Assembly (NCBI GenBank): GCA_012270555.1
Contig: JAAXIC010000029.1
Span: 11,601 to 75,600, forward strand
Length of the DNA stretch: 64,000 bases
Direction: 5' to 3'
DNA from: Chloroflexota bacterium
GTDB taxonomy: Bacteria > Chloroflexota > UBA11872 > VXOZ01
Under the pieces are notes generated by a model that saw only the letters and a list, made by a program, of their open reading frames with translations, was not told the origin of the DNA and ran no database searches. The number at the start of each line of letters is the position of its first letter. Position 1 is the stretch's first letter. Position numbers and translations under genes: made by a program. Positions 1-8,593 of this stretch are shown one piece after another.

Positions 1-1388
1 ATCCAGCTAGCCCGCTGAGCGATGCCAACGGCTTTCGCAAGGACGTGGGTGAGGCCTTGCGACGGTTGGCGATGCCATACATGCGGTATCCCGGCGGCAA
101 CTTTGTCAGCAACTACGATTGGCGTGATGGCGTGGGACCGCAGGATGAGCGTCCTGTGCGGGCGGACTTCGCTTGGAAGAGCATTGAGCCCAACACGTTT
201 GGCGTCGATGAATTCGTGCGTTGGTGCCGCTGGATGGACATCGAACCGATGATGGCGGTCAATCTCGGCACGCTGGGCGCCCGCGATGCAGCGGAACTTG
301 TCGAGTACTGCAACTTTCCCGGCGGCACATACTGGTCCGATGCAAGACGACGCAATGGCAGCGAGGAGCCTCACGGCATAAACCTGTGGTGCCTGGGCAA
401 CGAAATGGACGGCTCCTGGCAGGCTGGCCACTGCACGGCCACGGAATATGCGGCGAGAGCACAACAGGCGGGCCGCCTCATGAAGGGCGTCGACTCATCC
501 ATAGAATTGGTTGCGTGCGGCTCCACCGGCCGCTATATGGATACTTACTTGGAATGGGACCGCGTCGTACTGGAGACCTGCTGGGAAGACGTTGATTACA
601 TATCCGCCCACCGGTACAGCCGCAATTCAGAAGACGACAGCGCGTGGTTCCTGGCCGAGGGCGTGGAGATAGACCGGGTCTTGAGTGACTACGTCGGTCT
701 GCTGGCCTATGTGCGCGGCGTCAAGAGAAGCGATAAACAGATCTATGTTTCTTTCGACGAGTGGAATGTCTGGTATAAGGACCGCATGATAGATGGCGCG
801 TGGTCTCACGCTCCGCACCTGCTCGAGGAGATATATAACCTTGAAGATGCTCTAGTCTGTGCGCAGTTCTTGAATAGCTTTCTGCGCCACGCCGATATCG
901 TGAAGATTGCGTGCCTCGCGCAAATCGTCAACGTCATCGCACCCATTCTCACAAAGCCCGACGGCATGCTCATCCAGAGCATCTACTATCCGTTCCTGCT
1001 CTTTTCGCAGCACGCTCGGGGTGAATCACTCAAACCGATAGTCGATGGACCGTCGTATATTGCCGGCCCCCGGGGCGAGGTGCCGGTGCTGGACGTTTCA
1101 GCTTGTTACGAACCGGAAACAGATAGCGTCTGTGTCTTCATCATCAACAGAAGCCTCTCAAAGGACATTGATCTTCAAGTGTCACTTAGTGGTCTTCACG
1201 CAAGAGCCGTTCTCAATGCAATCGGCTTCACGGGCAATGACCCGAAGGCGCACAACGCTTGGGAAGATCCAGACGTTATCACGCCACGCTCGGCGACGGC
1301 TGCGGTCGATGAGGAAGCACGAGTGACTGCCGTTGTGCCGTCGCTTAGCTTGACCGTCCTGCGGGTGAAGTTGGAGTTGCCATCGTAG
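1..1388 (+). CDS. abfA: alpha-L-arabinofuranosidase, GH51 family (5'-truncated by window edge)
   Basis: Frame continues open from position 3 (…LSDANGFRKDVGEALRRLAMPYMRYPGGNFVSNYDW…). GH51 hallmarks YPGGNF and catalytic GNEMDG present; TAG stop at 1386-1388. Confidence 0.8.
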   Translation, partial: PASPLSDANGFRKDVGEALRRLAMPYMRYPGGNFVSNYDWRDGVGPQDERPVRADFAWKSIEPNTFGVDEFVRWCRWMDIEPMMAVNLGTLGARDAAELVEYCNFPGGTYWSDARRRNGSEEPHGINLWCLGNEMDGSWQAGHCTATEYAARAQQAGRLMKGVDSSIELVACGSTGRYMDTYLEWDRVVLETCWEDVDYISAHRYSRNSEDDSAWFLAEGVEIDRVLSDYVGLLAYVRGVKRSDKQIYVSFDEWNVWYKDRMIDGAWSHAPHLLEEIYNLEDALVCAQFLNSFLRHADIVKIACLAQIVNVIAPILTKPDGMLIQSIYYPFLLFSQHARGESLKPIVDGPSYIAGPRGEVPVLDVSACYEPETDSVCVFIINRSLSKDIDLQVSLSGLHARAVLNAIGFTGNDPKAHNAWEDPDVITPRSATAAVDEEARVTAVVPSLSLTVLRVKLELPS

Positions 1389-1507
1389 CGGAGTAATGGT
1401 CTTGCTCCAGCCACATGCAACGATGTGAGCGTGGCGCTTGCCAATCCCCGCCTTCCCATGATACAGAAGAGGTGCAAACCTGCAACGAAGTTCAGTTTGA
1501 GGACACG

Positions 1508-1882
1508 ATGATGAGACGCATCCGCATCCGCTGTGGCGACTTGGAAGCAGCGGCGACGCTCAATGACTCAAGCACTGCCCAAGCCATATGGGAAGCCCTG
1601 CCTATCGCAGGCAGTGCCAACGTCTGGGGCGATGAAATCTACTTCCGCATCCCCGTGACGCTGGCGGAAGACGATGCCCAGGACGTGGTCGAGCTTGGCG
1701 ATCTCGGGTACTGGCCGCCGGGCAATGCCTTCTGCATCTTCTACGGGCCGACGCCCATGAGCCGCGACAATGAAATACGGCCCGCTTCGCCGGTAAACGT
1801 CTTTGGCCGCGTGGAAGGTGATCCATTGGTTTTCAAGAGCGCGACTAGCGGTACGGCAGTGGTGATTGAGCGAATTGAGTGA
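1508..1882 (+). CDS. cyclophilin-like fold protein (DUF3830-like)
   Basis: ORF 1415..1882; internal in-frame ATG at 1508 (MMRRIRIRCGDLEAAATLNDSSTAQAIWEALP…) gives about 124 aa, typical of this small beta-barrel family. N-terminal extension in ORF track looks non-protein-like. Confidence 0.55.
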   Translation: MMRRIRIRCGDLEAAATLNDSSTAQAIWEALPIAGSANVWGDEIYFRIPVTLAEDDAQDVVELGDLGYWPPGNAFCIFYGPTPMSRDNEIRPASPVNVFGRVEGDPLVFKSATSGTAVVIERIE

Positions 1883-1932
1883 ACGTACGGTTTCCTTGCG
1901 ATAAGAGCACACAAATACCAGGAGAAATTGGC

Positions 1933-2766
1933 ATGGCATACGCATTGGAAGACGAATTCGGCGACATCATCGGCAAAGCGCGGCGAGGGCTGGGTCTGAG
2001 CGTGGCCGCGGTGGCGGAGCGGGTAGGCGTCAGTGGGGACGATCTCGAGAAGATGGAGAGCTATGATCTGACGCCTGATCAAGCGGGCGTAGATCGCCTT
2101 GCCGCTGTGCTGGGGCTCGATAGCGGCCGTCTCGGCGCGATTGCGCGCGAAGAATGGGAGCCGCATCCCTGCGACTTCACAGCCGCCGAGAACGTCGTCA
2201 TAGAGCACTTCCTCGTCGAGGAATACAATGCCAATGTGTACCTCCTGGTCAATATAGATACGCAGACAGCTCTGCTTATAGATGCCGGCGGACTTGGCGA
2301 AGAGGTCGTGCAACGTGTCCGACAGTCTGGCGTGCGCTTGCTGGCCGTCCTGATCACGCACGGGCACAGCGACCACACGGACTGGGTGAGCACAATCCGA
2401 CAAGGGACGGGAGCCGACGCCTACGTGCATGCCTCCGACGTAGCCATAAACCGGAGCAAGTTGGGCGCAGATGTGCGGTCGTTGCAGGGGAACGAGGACT
2501 TGGAGTTTGACGGCTTCAACGTGCGGGTCGTACCAACCCCCGGTCACACGGCGGGGAGCGTCACCTATGTGATTGGGAGCGCGGCGTTCACCGGAGACAC
2601 GCTGTTCGCCGGCTCAATGGGACGCTGCAGCTTAGCCTATCCGGAGATGCTGCAGACCATACGCGCGCAGGTGCTCACGCTGCCTCCTGCCACCAAGCTG
2701 CTGCCGGGACATGGCCCGGCGACCACCGTAGAAGAAGAGCGCGCCCACAATCCGTTCTTTGGCTAG
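1933..2766 (+). CDS. XRE-family HTH domain fused to metallo-beta-lactamase-fold hydrolase
   Basis: GGAG RBS 9 nt upstream of ATG 1933; N-term HTH (IIGKARRGLGLSVAAVAERVGVSGDDLEKME). C-term MBL motifs THGHSDH, PTPGHTAGS, GDTLF, LPGHG. Confidence 0.75.
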   Translation: MAYALEDEFGDIIGKARRGLGLSVAAVAERVGVSGDDLEKMESYDLTPDQAGVDRLAAVLGLDSGRLGAIAREEWEPHPCDFTAAENVVIEHFLVEEYNANVYLLVNIDTQTALLIDAGGLGEEVVQRVRQSGVRLLAVLITHGHSDHTDWVSTIRQGTGADAYVHASDVAINRSKLGADVRSLQGNEDLEFDGFNVRVVPTPGHTAGSVTYVIGSAAFTGDTLFAGSMGRCSLAYPEMLQTIRAQVLTLPPATKLLPGHGPATTVEEERAHNPFFG

Positions 2767-3121
2767 ACCGAGCCAAGAACTGCCCCACAGCACTATTCCC
2801 GGGTTAGGCGGACTCACGTCTGGTCGCGTGTCGTCACTTATTACTGTTGCACATCAAGCAGCCGCGCTCATAAGATGCAGTAGGGGTGTCCACATAATCT
2901 GTAGGCAAGCGTCTCCCACTGCCGTGTCGACTAGCGACCGCCTCCTGGCAATTAGATCGACATGTTCCCCATTGGCAGCAAGTACAGGGGTTTCGGCAAA
3001 ATTACTGTATTGTCGTCTCCCGTACAAAACCCTGGTAGAGAGCGTGCTATGCTCACAGAAGATGCACAGTTCGCATTTTCGCCGGTTTGTGTCCACACCC
3101 GCGGGGGAACGGAAGGGCCGT

Positions 3122-3895
3122 ATGAGGAACATCCACGCACCCTCTCGCAAAACTGATCCGCGAACAAACTTGCGGGGGAACGGTCGGTTGGGGCTTTATA
3201 GCCATACCCTTTCTTGCATCTCCAAGCTGGACATCTTTGCGGATCTCTTACCCCACGAGGTCAGCGAGATAGACCACTCCAGCGCGACAGTGAGAATACG
3301 CAAGGGTGGCGTGATCTACACCCCTGAAGAGCGTCGGGAAACGCTCTTCCTCATCAAAGAAGGGCGCGTACAGCTCTACCGCATCTCAATTGAGGGTCGG
3401 AAACTCGTTCTCGCCATGCTGGGGCCGGATATGTTCTTTGGGGAAATGCCCCTCTTTGGACAAGCCATGGAGGATTCGATAGCCCAGGCCGTGGACGACA
3501 CGACGCTCTGTACGCTTGGCCGCGCGGAAGTGGAGCGCATCCTGCTCACCTACCCCCGGATCGGCCTGCGCCTCATCCAGGTGCTCAACGAGCGTCTGCA
3601 AGAGGCCGAGACACGCTTGCACGAGAGCGCCTTCATGACCATGCCGGCCCGCACGGCGGCCTTGCTCCTGCGGCTGGCAGAGGACTCGGACGAGATCCAG
3701 GGACTCACCCACCAGGACTTGGCGGACATGCTCGGCGTCTATCGCGAAACCGTAACGGCGACGTTGGACAAATTAAAGCAGGAAAAGTTGCTGGAAATCG
3801 GCCGCAAGCGAATCAGTTTGACCAATCGCTCCGCGCTAGAAGACCTCATTCAAGGGGCGCCGAATACCCATTCACAAGGAGAAACGCACCGATGA
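3122..3895 (+). CDS. Crp/Fnr family transcriptional regulator
   Basis: cNMP-binding domain (GGVIYTPEERRETLFLIKEGRVQLY…FFGEMPLF) plus C-terminal Crp HTH (LTHQDLADMLGVYRETVTATLDKL). ORF track start 2759 gives a 120-aa Ser/Arg/Cys-rich non-protein-like extension. ATG 3122 preceded by GGAAGG at -12 preferred; ATG 3062 is an alternative. Confidence 0.7.
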   Translation: MRNIHAPSRKTDPRTNLRGNGRLGLYSHTLSCISKLDIFADLLPHEVSEIDHSSATVRIRKGGVIYTPEERRETLFLIKEGRVQLYRISIEGRKLVLAMLGPDMFFGEMPLFGQAMEDSIAQAVDDTTLCTLGRAEVERILLTYPRIGLRLIQVLNERLQEAETRLHESAFMTMPARTAALLLRLAEDSDEIQGLTHQDLADMLGVYRETVTATLDKLKQEKLLEIGRKRISLTNRSALEDLIQGAPNTHSQGETHR

Positions 3896-5118
3896 ATCCA
3901 ACAGCCCGCAAGCTGATGAGCCGCCGCAACATCCTCCTGGCTGCCGGCACAGCTACGGTTGGGCTCGTTGCCGCCGTGGCCTGCGGACAGATGCCGGAGG
4001 ACGCGGCCGTAGAGGAAGTCGAGGAAGCCGTGACGCCGCAAGCGGAAGCCGTGCAGCCCTCGCCCTCACCGGACCTTCCCGCAAATCTCCAGTTTTCCAC
4101 GTATGGCTGGAAGACAGACTTCTCCAAGCACAGCGTGCCACTGGACGAGATCAGCTCCGGCGGCCCTGGGAAAGACGGCATTCCGTCCATTGATGAGCCG
4201 CTATTCATCACACCTGAAGAGGCAACGCTTGACGTCGGCGATCATGAGCCAGTAGTGGCCGTGGACATCAATGGCGAAGCGAAAGCCTACCCAATCAATA
4301 TCCTGGTCTGGCACGAAATCGTAAACGATACCATCGGCGGCGTGCCGGTGACAGTCACGTTCTGCCCGCTCTGCAATACCGCCATTGCTTTTGATCGCCG
4401 CCTCGATGGCACTGTCTATGACTTTGGTGTGAGCGGCAACTTGCGGTACAGCGACCTCATCATGTACGACCGCCAGACCGAGAGTTGGTGGCAGCAGATC
4501 ACGGGCACGGCCATCGTCGGCGCACTCACCGGCAAGAAACTGACCCCGGTGCCGGCGTCAATGGTCTCGTTCTTGGACTTCCGCACTACGTATCCGGCAG
4601 CCGTTGTGCTATCGCGCGATACCGGCTTCCTGCGATCGTACGGCAGAAACCCGTATCTCGGCTATGACAATATTTCCAATTCACCGTTCCTGTTCTTCGA
4701 ACCTGTTGACGGACGACTCCCGGCCATGGAGCGAGTGGTCACAGTATCGTTGAATGGTGAAGACGCCGCCTACCCGTTTAGCGTGCTTGCGGAGCAAAAG
4801 GTGGTTGCAGATACCGTGGGTGGAGAATCGATTGTGGTCTTTCATCAACCCGGCGTGGACTCTCCCTTCTCGGGAACGGACATTGGCGCGGCCGGTGTCT
4901 TTGCGCCAACCGTTGACGGCGAGACCCTGAAGTTCACCGTGAATGACAAAGGGGAGATTCGGGATACGGAAACGCAATCGAAGTGGAACGTCCTCGGCCG
5001 GGCAGTTGCAGGTCCCCTGGAGGGTAAGCAACTCCAATCCATCATAAACGGCAACCACTTCTGGTTCGCTTGGGCGGTCTTCAAGCCCGAAACGCGCGTT
5101 TTTAGCTTGCCCAACTAA
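3892..5118 (+). CDS. DUF3179-family Tat-secreted lipoprotein
   Basis: ATGA overlap with crp stop (translational coupling). Twin-arginine motif SRRNILLAAG, lipobox AVAC, conserved FCPLCNT motif typical of DUF3179. Confidence 0.65.
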   Translation: MNPTARKLMSRRNILLAAGTATVGLVAAVACGQMPEDAAVEEVEEAVTPQAEAVQPSPSPDLPANLQFSTYGWKTDFSKHSVPLDEISSGGPGKDGIPSIDEPLFITPEEATLDVGDHEPVVAVDINGEAKAYPINILVWHEIVNDTIGGVPVTVTFCPLCNTAIAFDRRLDGTVYDFGVSGNLRYSDLIMYDRQTESWWQQITGTAIVGALTGKKLTPVPASMVSFLDFRTTYPAAVVLSRDTGFLRSYGRNPYLGYDNISNSPFLFFEPVDGRLPAMERVVTVSLNGEDAAYPFSVLAEQKVVADTVGGESIVVFHQPGVDSPFSGTDIGAAGVFAPTVDGETLKFTVNDKGEIRDTETQSKWNVLGRAVAGPLEGKQLQSIINGNHFWFAWAVFKPETRVFSLPN

Positions 5119-5567
5119 ACCAACAAGACTCCACCACAAGTTCATTGACGCCATGACGGCCGTGATAATTCACGGCCGTCATGTGTTTAATTTGTCAAGA
5201 CCGTCTGAGACTTGGTGCGTCTGGCTCCGCAGAGCAATAGAGATTGCGTGCAAAGTCCATCCTGCAAGGGACTAGGCGACAAGTGCTACCTAGAGCCCTT
5301 ACCCCAAGGGACCGCCTGATTCCATCCCGCTTTAGTTTGTTCTAGCGAAATACTCATATATCACCTACTCTATGGATTTGACATGTGTTTAGATGTATGA
5401 TAGGGTCGCTAAACGGATAATGGTTATGTATTGAAAAGCGACAAAACTATTAGAATTTTCCTGGTAGGCTGAACTAAGCAGTGCGATGAAAGGGACAGTA
5501 GGTGCCGGTCTGGGCAGGAAGCGGCAGGCACGGTCACTCAACCGGAAGAGGGTTAGGACAAAGCGCT

Positions 5568-8549
5568 ATGGCTCGTTTGCGTGCGTTGCTCCGTGCAGTT
5601 TCGCTTTGGGGTTCTATCAAGCGCATAGTGCCTGAGGTGGGGCGGCTTGGCATAGGGTTCGCGCTGGCGGCGGCGCTGAGCTTGGTCTTTGCCTCGGTAG
5701 CGCAGGCGCAGACGGACAGCGGGGAGAGTGGTGTTCCGAGGCTGACGATAGCGCGGTCGCACGCATCGGTGGTGAAGGGGGAGGAGGCGACATTCACCAT
5801 CACGGCGAGCAGCGCGCCGAGCGCGGACCTCGATGTATACGTGCAGGTACAGGTAACGGTCAGGGAGCGGTCGCTGTATCAGAGCAAGGTCATAGTGGTG
5901 TCTATGGCGGCGGGGGAGCGGACGATAGAGTTCATAGCGGGAACGGGCGGTAGCGAAGTAGGCGAGGGGACGCTGACGCTTGACGTGAGCATACTGGGTG
6001 GCAGCGGCTATCGCTTGGGGGAGACACAGGTGGCAGGCATTCGGGTGACGGATCCCCCACCGGCAGCAGGGACGAGGCAAGGAGTGCCCGCAGCGCCGTC
6101 GGGCTTCACGGCCAGTGCGGTAGCTGAAGACAGCATCGCGGTGAGTTGGACTGGTGTGGCAGGGGTGTCACGCTATCGGCTGGAGAAGCAGCTTGGGTCG
6201 CTTGGCATTGTGATGTGGAGAGTGGTGGGAGGACTGGATAGTATTGCGCAGACGAGCGCGACGGTGGCGGGCTTGCGGTCCGGGACGCAGTATCAGTACA
6301 GAGTGCGGGCCTACAATGCGGCAGGGTGGGGTGTCCCATCGTCAAGCGCAAGCGCCACGACCCAGGGAGTGCAGGGGCAAACTACCGATTTGGTGGGAGT
6401 GCGCGCCGCGCCGCCCACGCCGGGCGGGTTCAGCGCGAGCGCGCCGAATCATTTCACCATCAAGGCGAGTTGGAACGCGGTGACTGGAGCCAATTGCTAT
6501 CGGTTTGGCGTCTGGATTCACACAATTGGGTACCCGGCGGGTTGGCATTACAAGAATACGCCGGCAACGAGTTACACGTGGACGGGGGGTATTGACCGGG
6601 GCACGACGTACGACATAAGAGTAGCGGCAGCGAACGTTGATGACTGCCCCCCTGATGAGACAATTTCTGCGGAGTGGAGCGCTGATAGTTGGTTGAAAGT
6701 GACGACGCCCCGCCCTGATCCGCCGGCGCCCTCTGGGTTTAGCGGCAGCGCAACCGGCACCCATAGCATCAGCGCGAGTTGGGACCGGGTGGTTGGCGCC
6801 AGCAAGTATGAGTTTGGCATCAAGACAGGCACTCCCGGCAGTTGGAAATCCAAAGAAGTCTCAAGTCCGGCGACGAGCACGACGTGGAGTACGGGTCTGG
6901 CTCCGAACACGACGTATGAAATACGCGTGAGGGCCCACGGCGACCGCCATTGGCTTGCATTCGTGTGGGGTCCCTATAGTGAGGCGGAAGTGACTACCGA
7001 CGAAACATCGACACCGCCACCACCGCCGCCACCGCCGCCACCATCCAAATTGGCTACGCCAAAAGTTGACATCGTCCCGCTGCCGCAGCGCAAGGTGCGG
7101 TTGCAGTGGCAGGCAGTGACAGGCGCATCCGGGTATACCGTGCAGATTCAGAAGAGGGGTGGAAACTGGTCATCGCCTTCGCCTAGAGAAGAGACTCAAG
7201 GAGCCAACGAAACCTCTTACGATATCAACCTCATGGACATCTATGGAGGCGAGGGCCTAGCCCACGATACCAATGGCTTTGAATTTCGCGTAATGGCGAA
7301 GCATTCAGACTCAAACAGGAACAGCGCTTACAGTGCTGACATCATCGTCAGAGACAGTCCAAGTGTCACCGTCAACGGGCATAGTTCGAATAGGAATACG
7401 GCTGTAGTCAAGTGGAAAGCGCCAAGGAACGCCAAAGAGTACTTCGTGCGCTGGCGGGTGCTTGGAGATGACGCGAGCGGAAATGCTTATACGAGTCCTG
7501 GCTGGCATTTGGATGCAAGTTCTCTGCCAGCATCGACGTTCGCGCCGACTACTGCGACACCCTCTCCTACGTCGCTTACTTTGACAGCGCCTACAACTAT
7601 CGAGCATACGATTAGCGGCCTGACGCCGGGGGCGCTCCACGCCGTTCAAGTGGTATATCGGATCGACGACGGCTGGGTCTTCTCCGGTCGAGACGCCTAT
7701 GTATGGACTTCGAAGAATAAGCCTGCTCCTCTCACAAGAGTAGCGGGGTACCCCTTCTACGGTCATTTTGCGAACAAAACATATGCATATAGGATTTGCA
7801 AGAGTACGTTCGGTACAGACAGCAATACTTGGGCATTGATGATCGAGCATGCGTTGATGCAGTGGCAGAAGGCGACGAACGGCCTGATCTCAATGGTGCC
7901 TGAACATGACACGAGTAACCCAAATCATAGGCCAACTTCCCCGGAATACAAACCGTGTACGCAATACTCTTCATTCTTTGATGTATTTCTCTACACATTT
8001 GACGACCGCGAGCGGAGCGAAATCCGCATGATTAACCCGCCAAACAACGCTCCCTACCCGTGGGCCTTCTACGTTTACGAGATCGCGGCGGACCTCCTAA
8101 AGCATTGCCTGGTTAATAGCATAGCTTGCGTTACCGCGCCTGGCTTAATCGGCAAGCCTATCGAGGCGAGTACTGAGTTCCAAAGTGCGGACATTACCTT
8201 CAATTTTGATGAAGTGGAGGAAAAAAAGCTTAGTCCCGCAGTGCCTTCAGACGTGGTTTTCAATTCGTGTGTTATCAATGCAAATCCTCAGCCAAACGAC
8301 ATAAGACAATTGCCTAACAAGACTTGGACATCTGACCAATACGCCGCATATGCAGTTACAGTCCATGAAGGGGGACACGCGTTGGGTATTGGGGGCATCG
8401 AGATTGATCTGGCCACATTCACAGTCCTGGCAAGAGGCGCTCACCCAAGCACCGGAGACGCGGTGCTCAACTACACTTGGTCGGAACCGGACTGCGCGCC
8501 GCATCCGTTGGACATCATGGCGATTCACGCACTCTATCAGTCGCCCTAG
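5568..8549 (+). CDS. secreted multi-domain protein: beta-sandwich domain + multiple fibronectin type III domains + Pro10 linker + C-terminal metzincin-like zinc metalloprotease domain
   Basis: Signal peptide MARLRALL…FASVAQA (ATG 5568; ORF track GTG 5502 alternative). Repeated FN3 signatures (SWTGVAGVSRYRLEK…YQYRVRAYNAAGWG; SWDRVVGASKYEF…YEIRVRAHG). PPPPPPPPPP linker. Metzincin N-terminal motif YRICKS…ALMIEHALMQWQKATNGLISMV and HEGGHALGIGG (HExxHxxGxx but third ligand is Gly); Met-turn position reads AVLNY. Confidence 0.8.
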   Translation: MARLRALLRAVSLWGSIKRIVPEVGRLGIGFALAAALSLVFASVAQAQTDSGESGVPRLTIARSHASVVKGEEATFTITASSAPSADLDVYVQVQVTVRERSLYQSKVIVVSMAAGERTIEFIAGTGGSEVGEGTLTLDVSILGGSGYRLGETQVAGIRVTDPPPAAGTRQGVPAAPSGFTASAVAEDSIAVSWTGVAGVSRYRLEKQLGSLGIVMWRVVGGLDSIAQTSATVAGLRSGTQYQYRVRAYNAAGWGVPSSSASATTQGVQGQTTDLVGVRAAPPTPGGFSASAPNHFTIKASWNAVTGANCYRFGVWIHTIGYPAGWHYKNTPATSYTWTGGIDRGTTYDIRVAAANVDDCPPDETISAEWSADSWLKVTTPRPDPPAPSGFSGSATGTHSISASWDRVVGASKYEFGIKTGTPGSWKSKEVSSPATSTTWSTGLAPNTTYEIRVRAHGDRHWLAFVWGPYSEAEVTTDETSTPPPPPPPPPPSKLATPKVDIVPLPQRKVRLQWQAVTGASGYTVQIQKRGGNWSSPSPREETQGANETSYDINLMDIYGGEGLAHDTNGFEFRVMAKHSDSNRNSAYSADIIVRDSPSVTVNGHSSNRNTAVVKWKAPRNAKEYFVRWRVLGDDASGNAYTSPGWHLDASSLPASTFAPTTATPSPTSLTLTAPTTIEHTISGLTPGALHAVQVVYRIDDGWVFSGRDAYVWTSKNKPAPLTRVAGYPFYGHFANKTYAYRICKSTFGTDSNTWALMIEHALMQWQKATNGLISMVPEHDTSNPNHRPTSPEYKPCTQYSSFFDVFLYTFDDRERSEIRMINPPNNAPYPWAFYVYEIAADLLKHCLVNSIACVTAPGLIGKPIEASTEFQSADITFNFDEVEEKKLSPAVPSDVVFNSCVINANPQPNDIRQLPNKTWTSDQYAAYAVTVHEGGHALGIGGIEIDLATFTVLARGAHPSTGDAVLNYTWSEPDCAPHPLDIMAIHALYQSP

Positions 8550-8593
8550 GTGCTACAGGATGCGCACGAAGGAAATCAAGTGAGACGGGAGAA

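Noticed and set aside
1741-2547. 268-aa minus-strand ORF overlapping DUF3830 and HTH-MBL genes
   Set aside because: The plus-strand genes carry recognisable motifs (THGHSDH etc.); the minus-strand ORF has none.
2759-3121. N-terminal 120-aa extension of the Crp/Fnr ORF
   Set aside because: Ser/Arg/Cys/Thr-rich non-protein-like sequence; Crp family proteins are about 230-260 aa; internal ATG with RBS at 3122 gives the canonical length.
5502-5567. GTG 5502 as start of the FN3-metzincin gene
   Set aside because: Not rejected outright, but ATG 5568 begins a textbook signal peptide; the 22 upstream codons (MPVWAGSGRHGHSTGRGLGQSA) would place the signal peptide internally. Kept as alternative.
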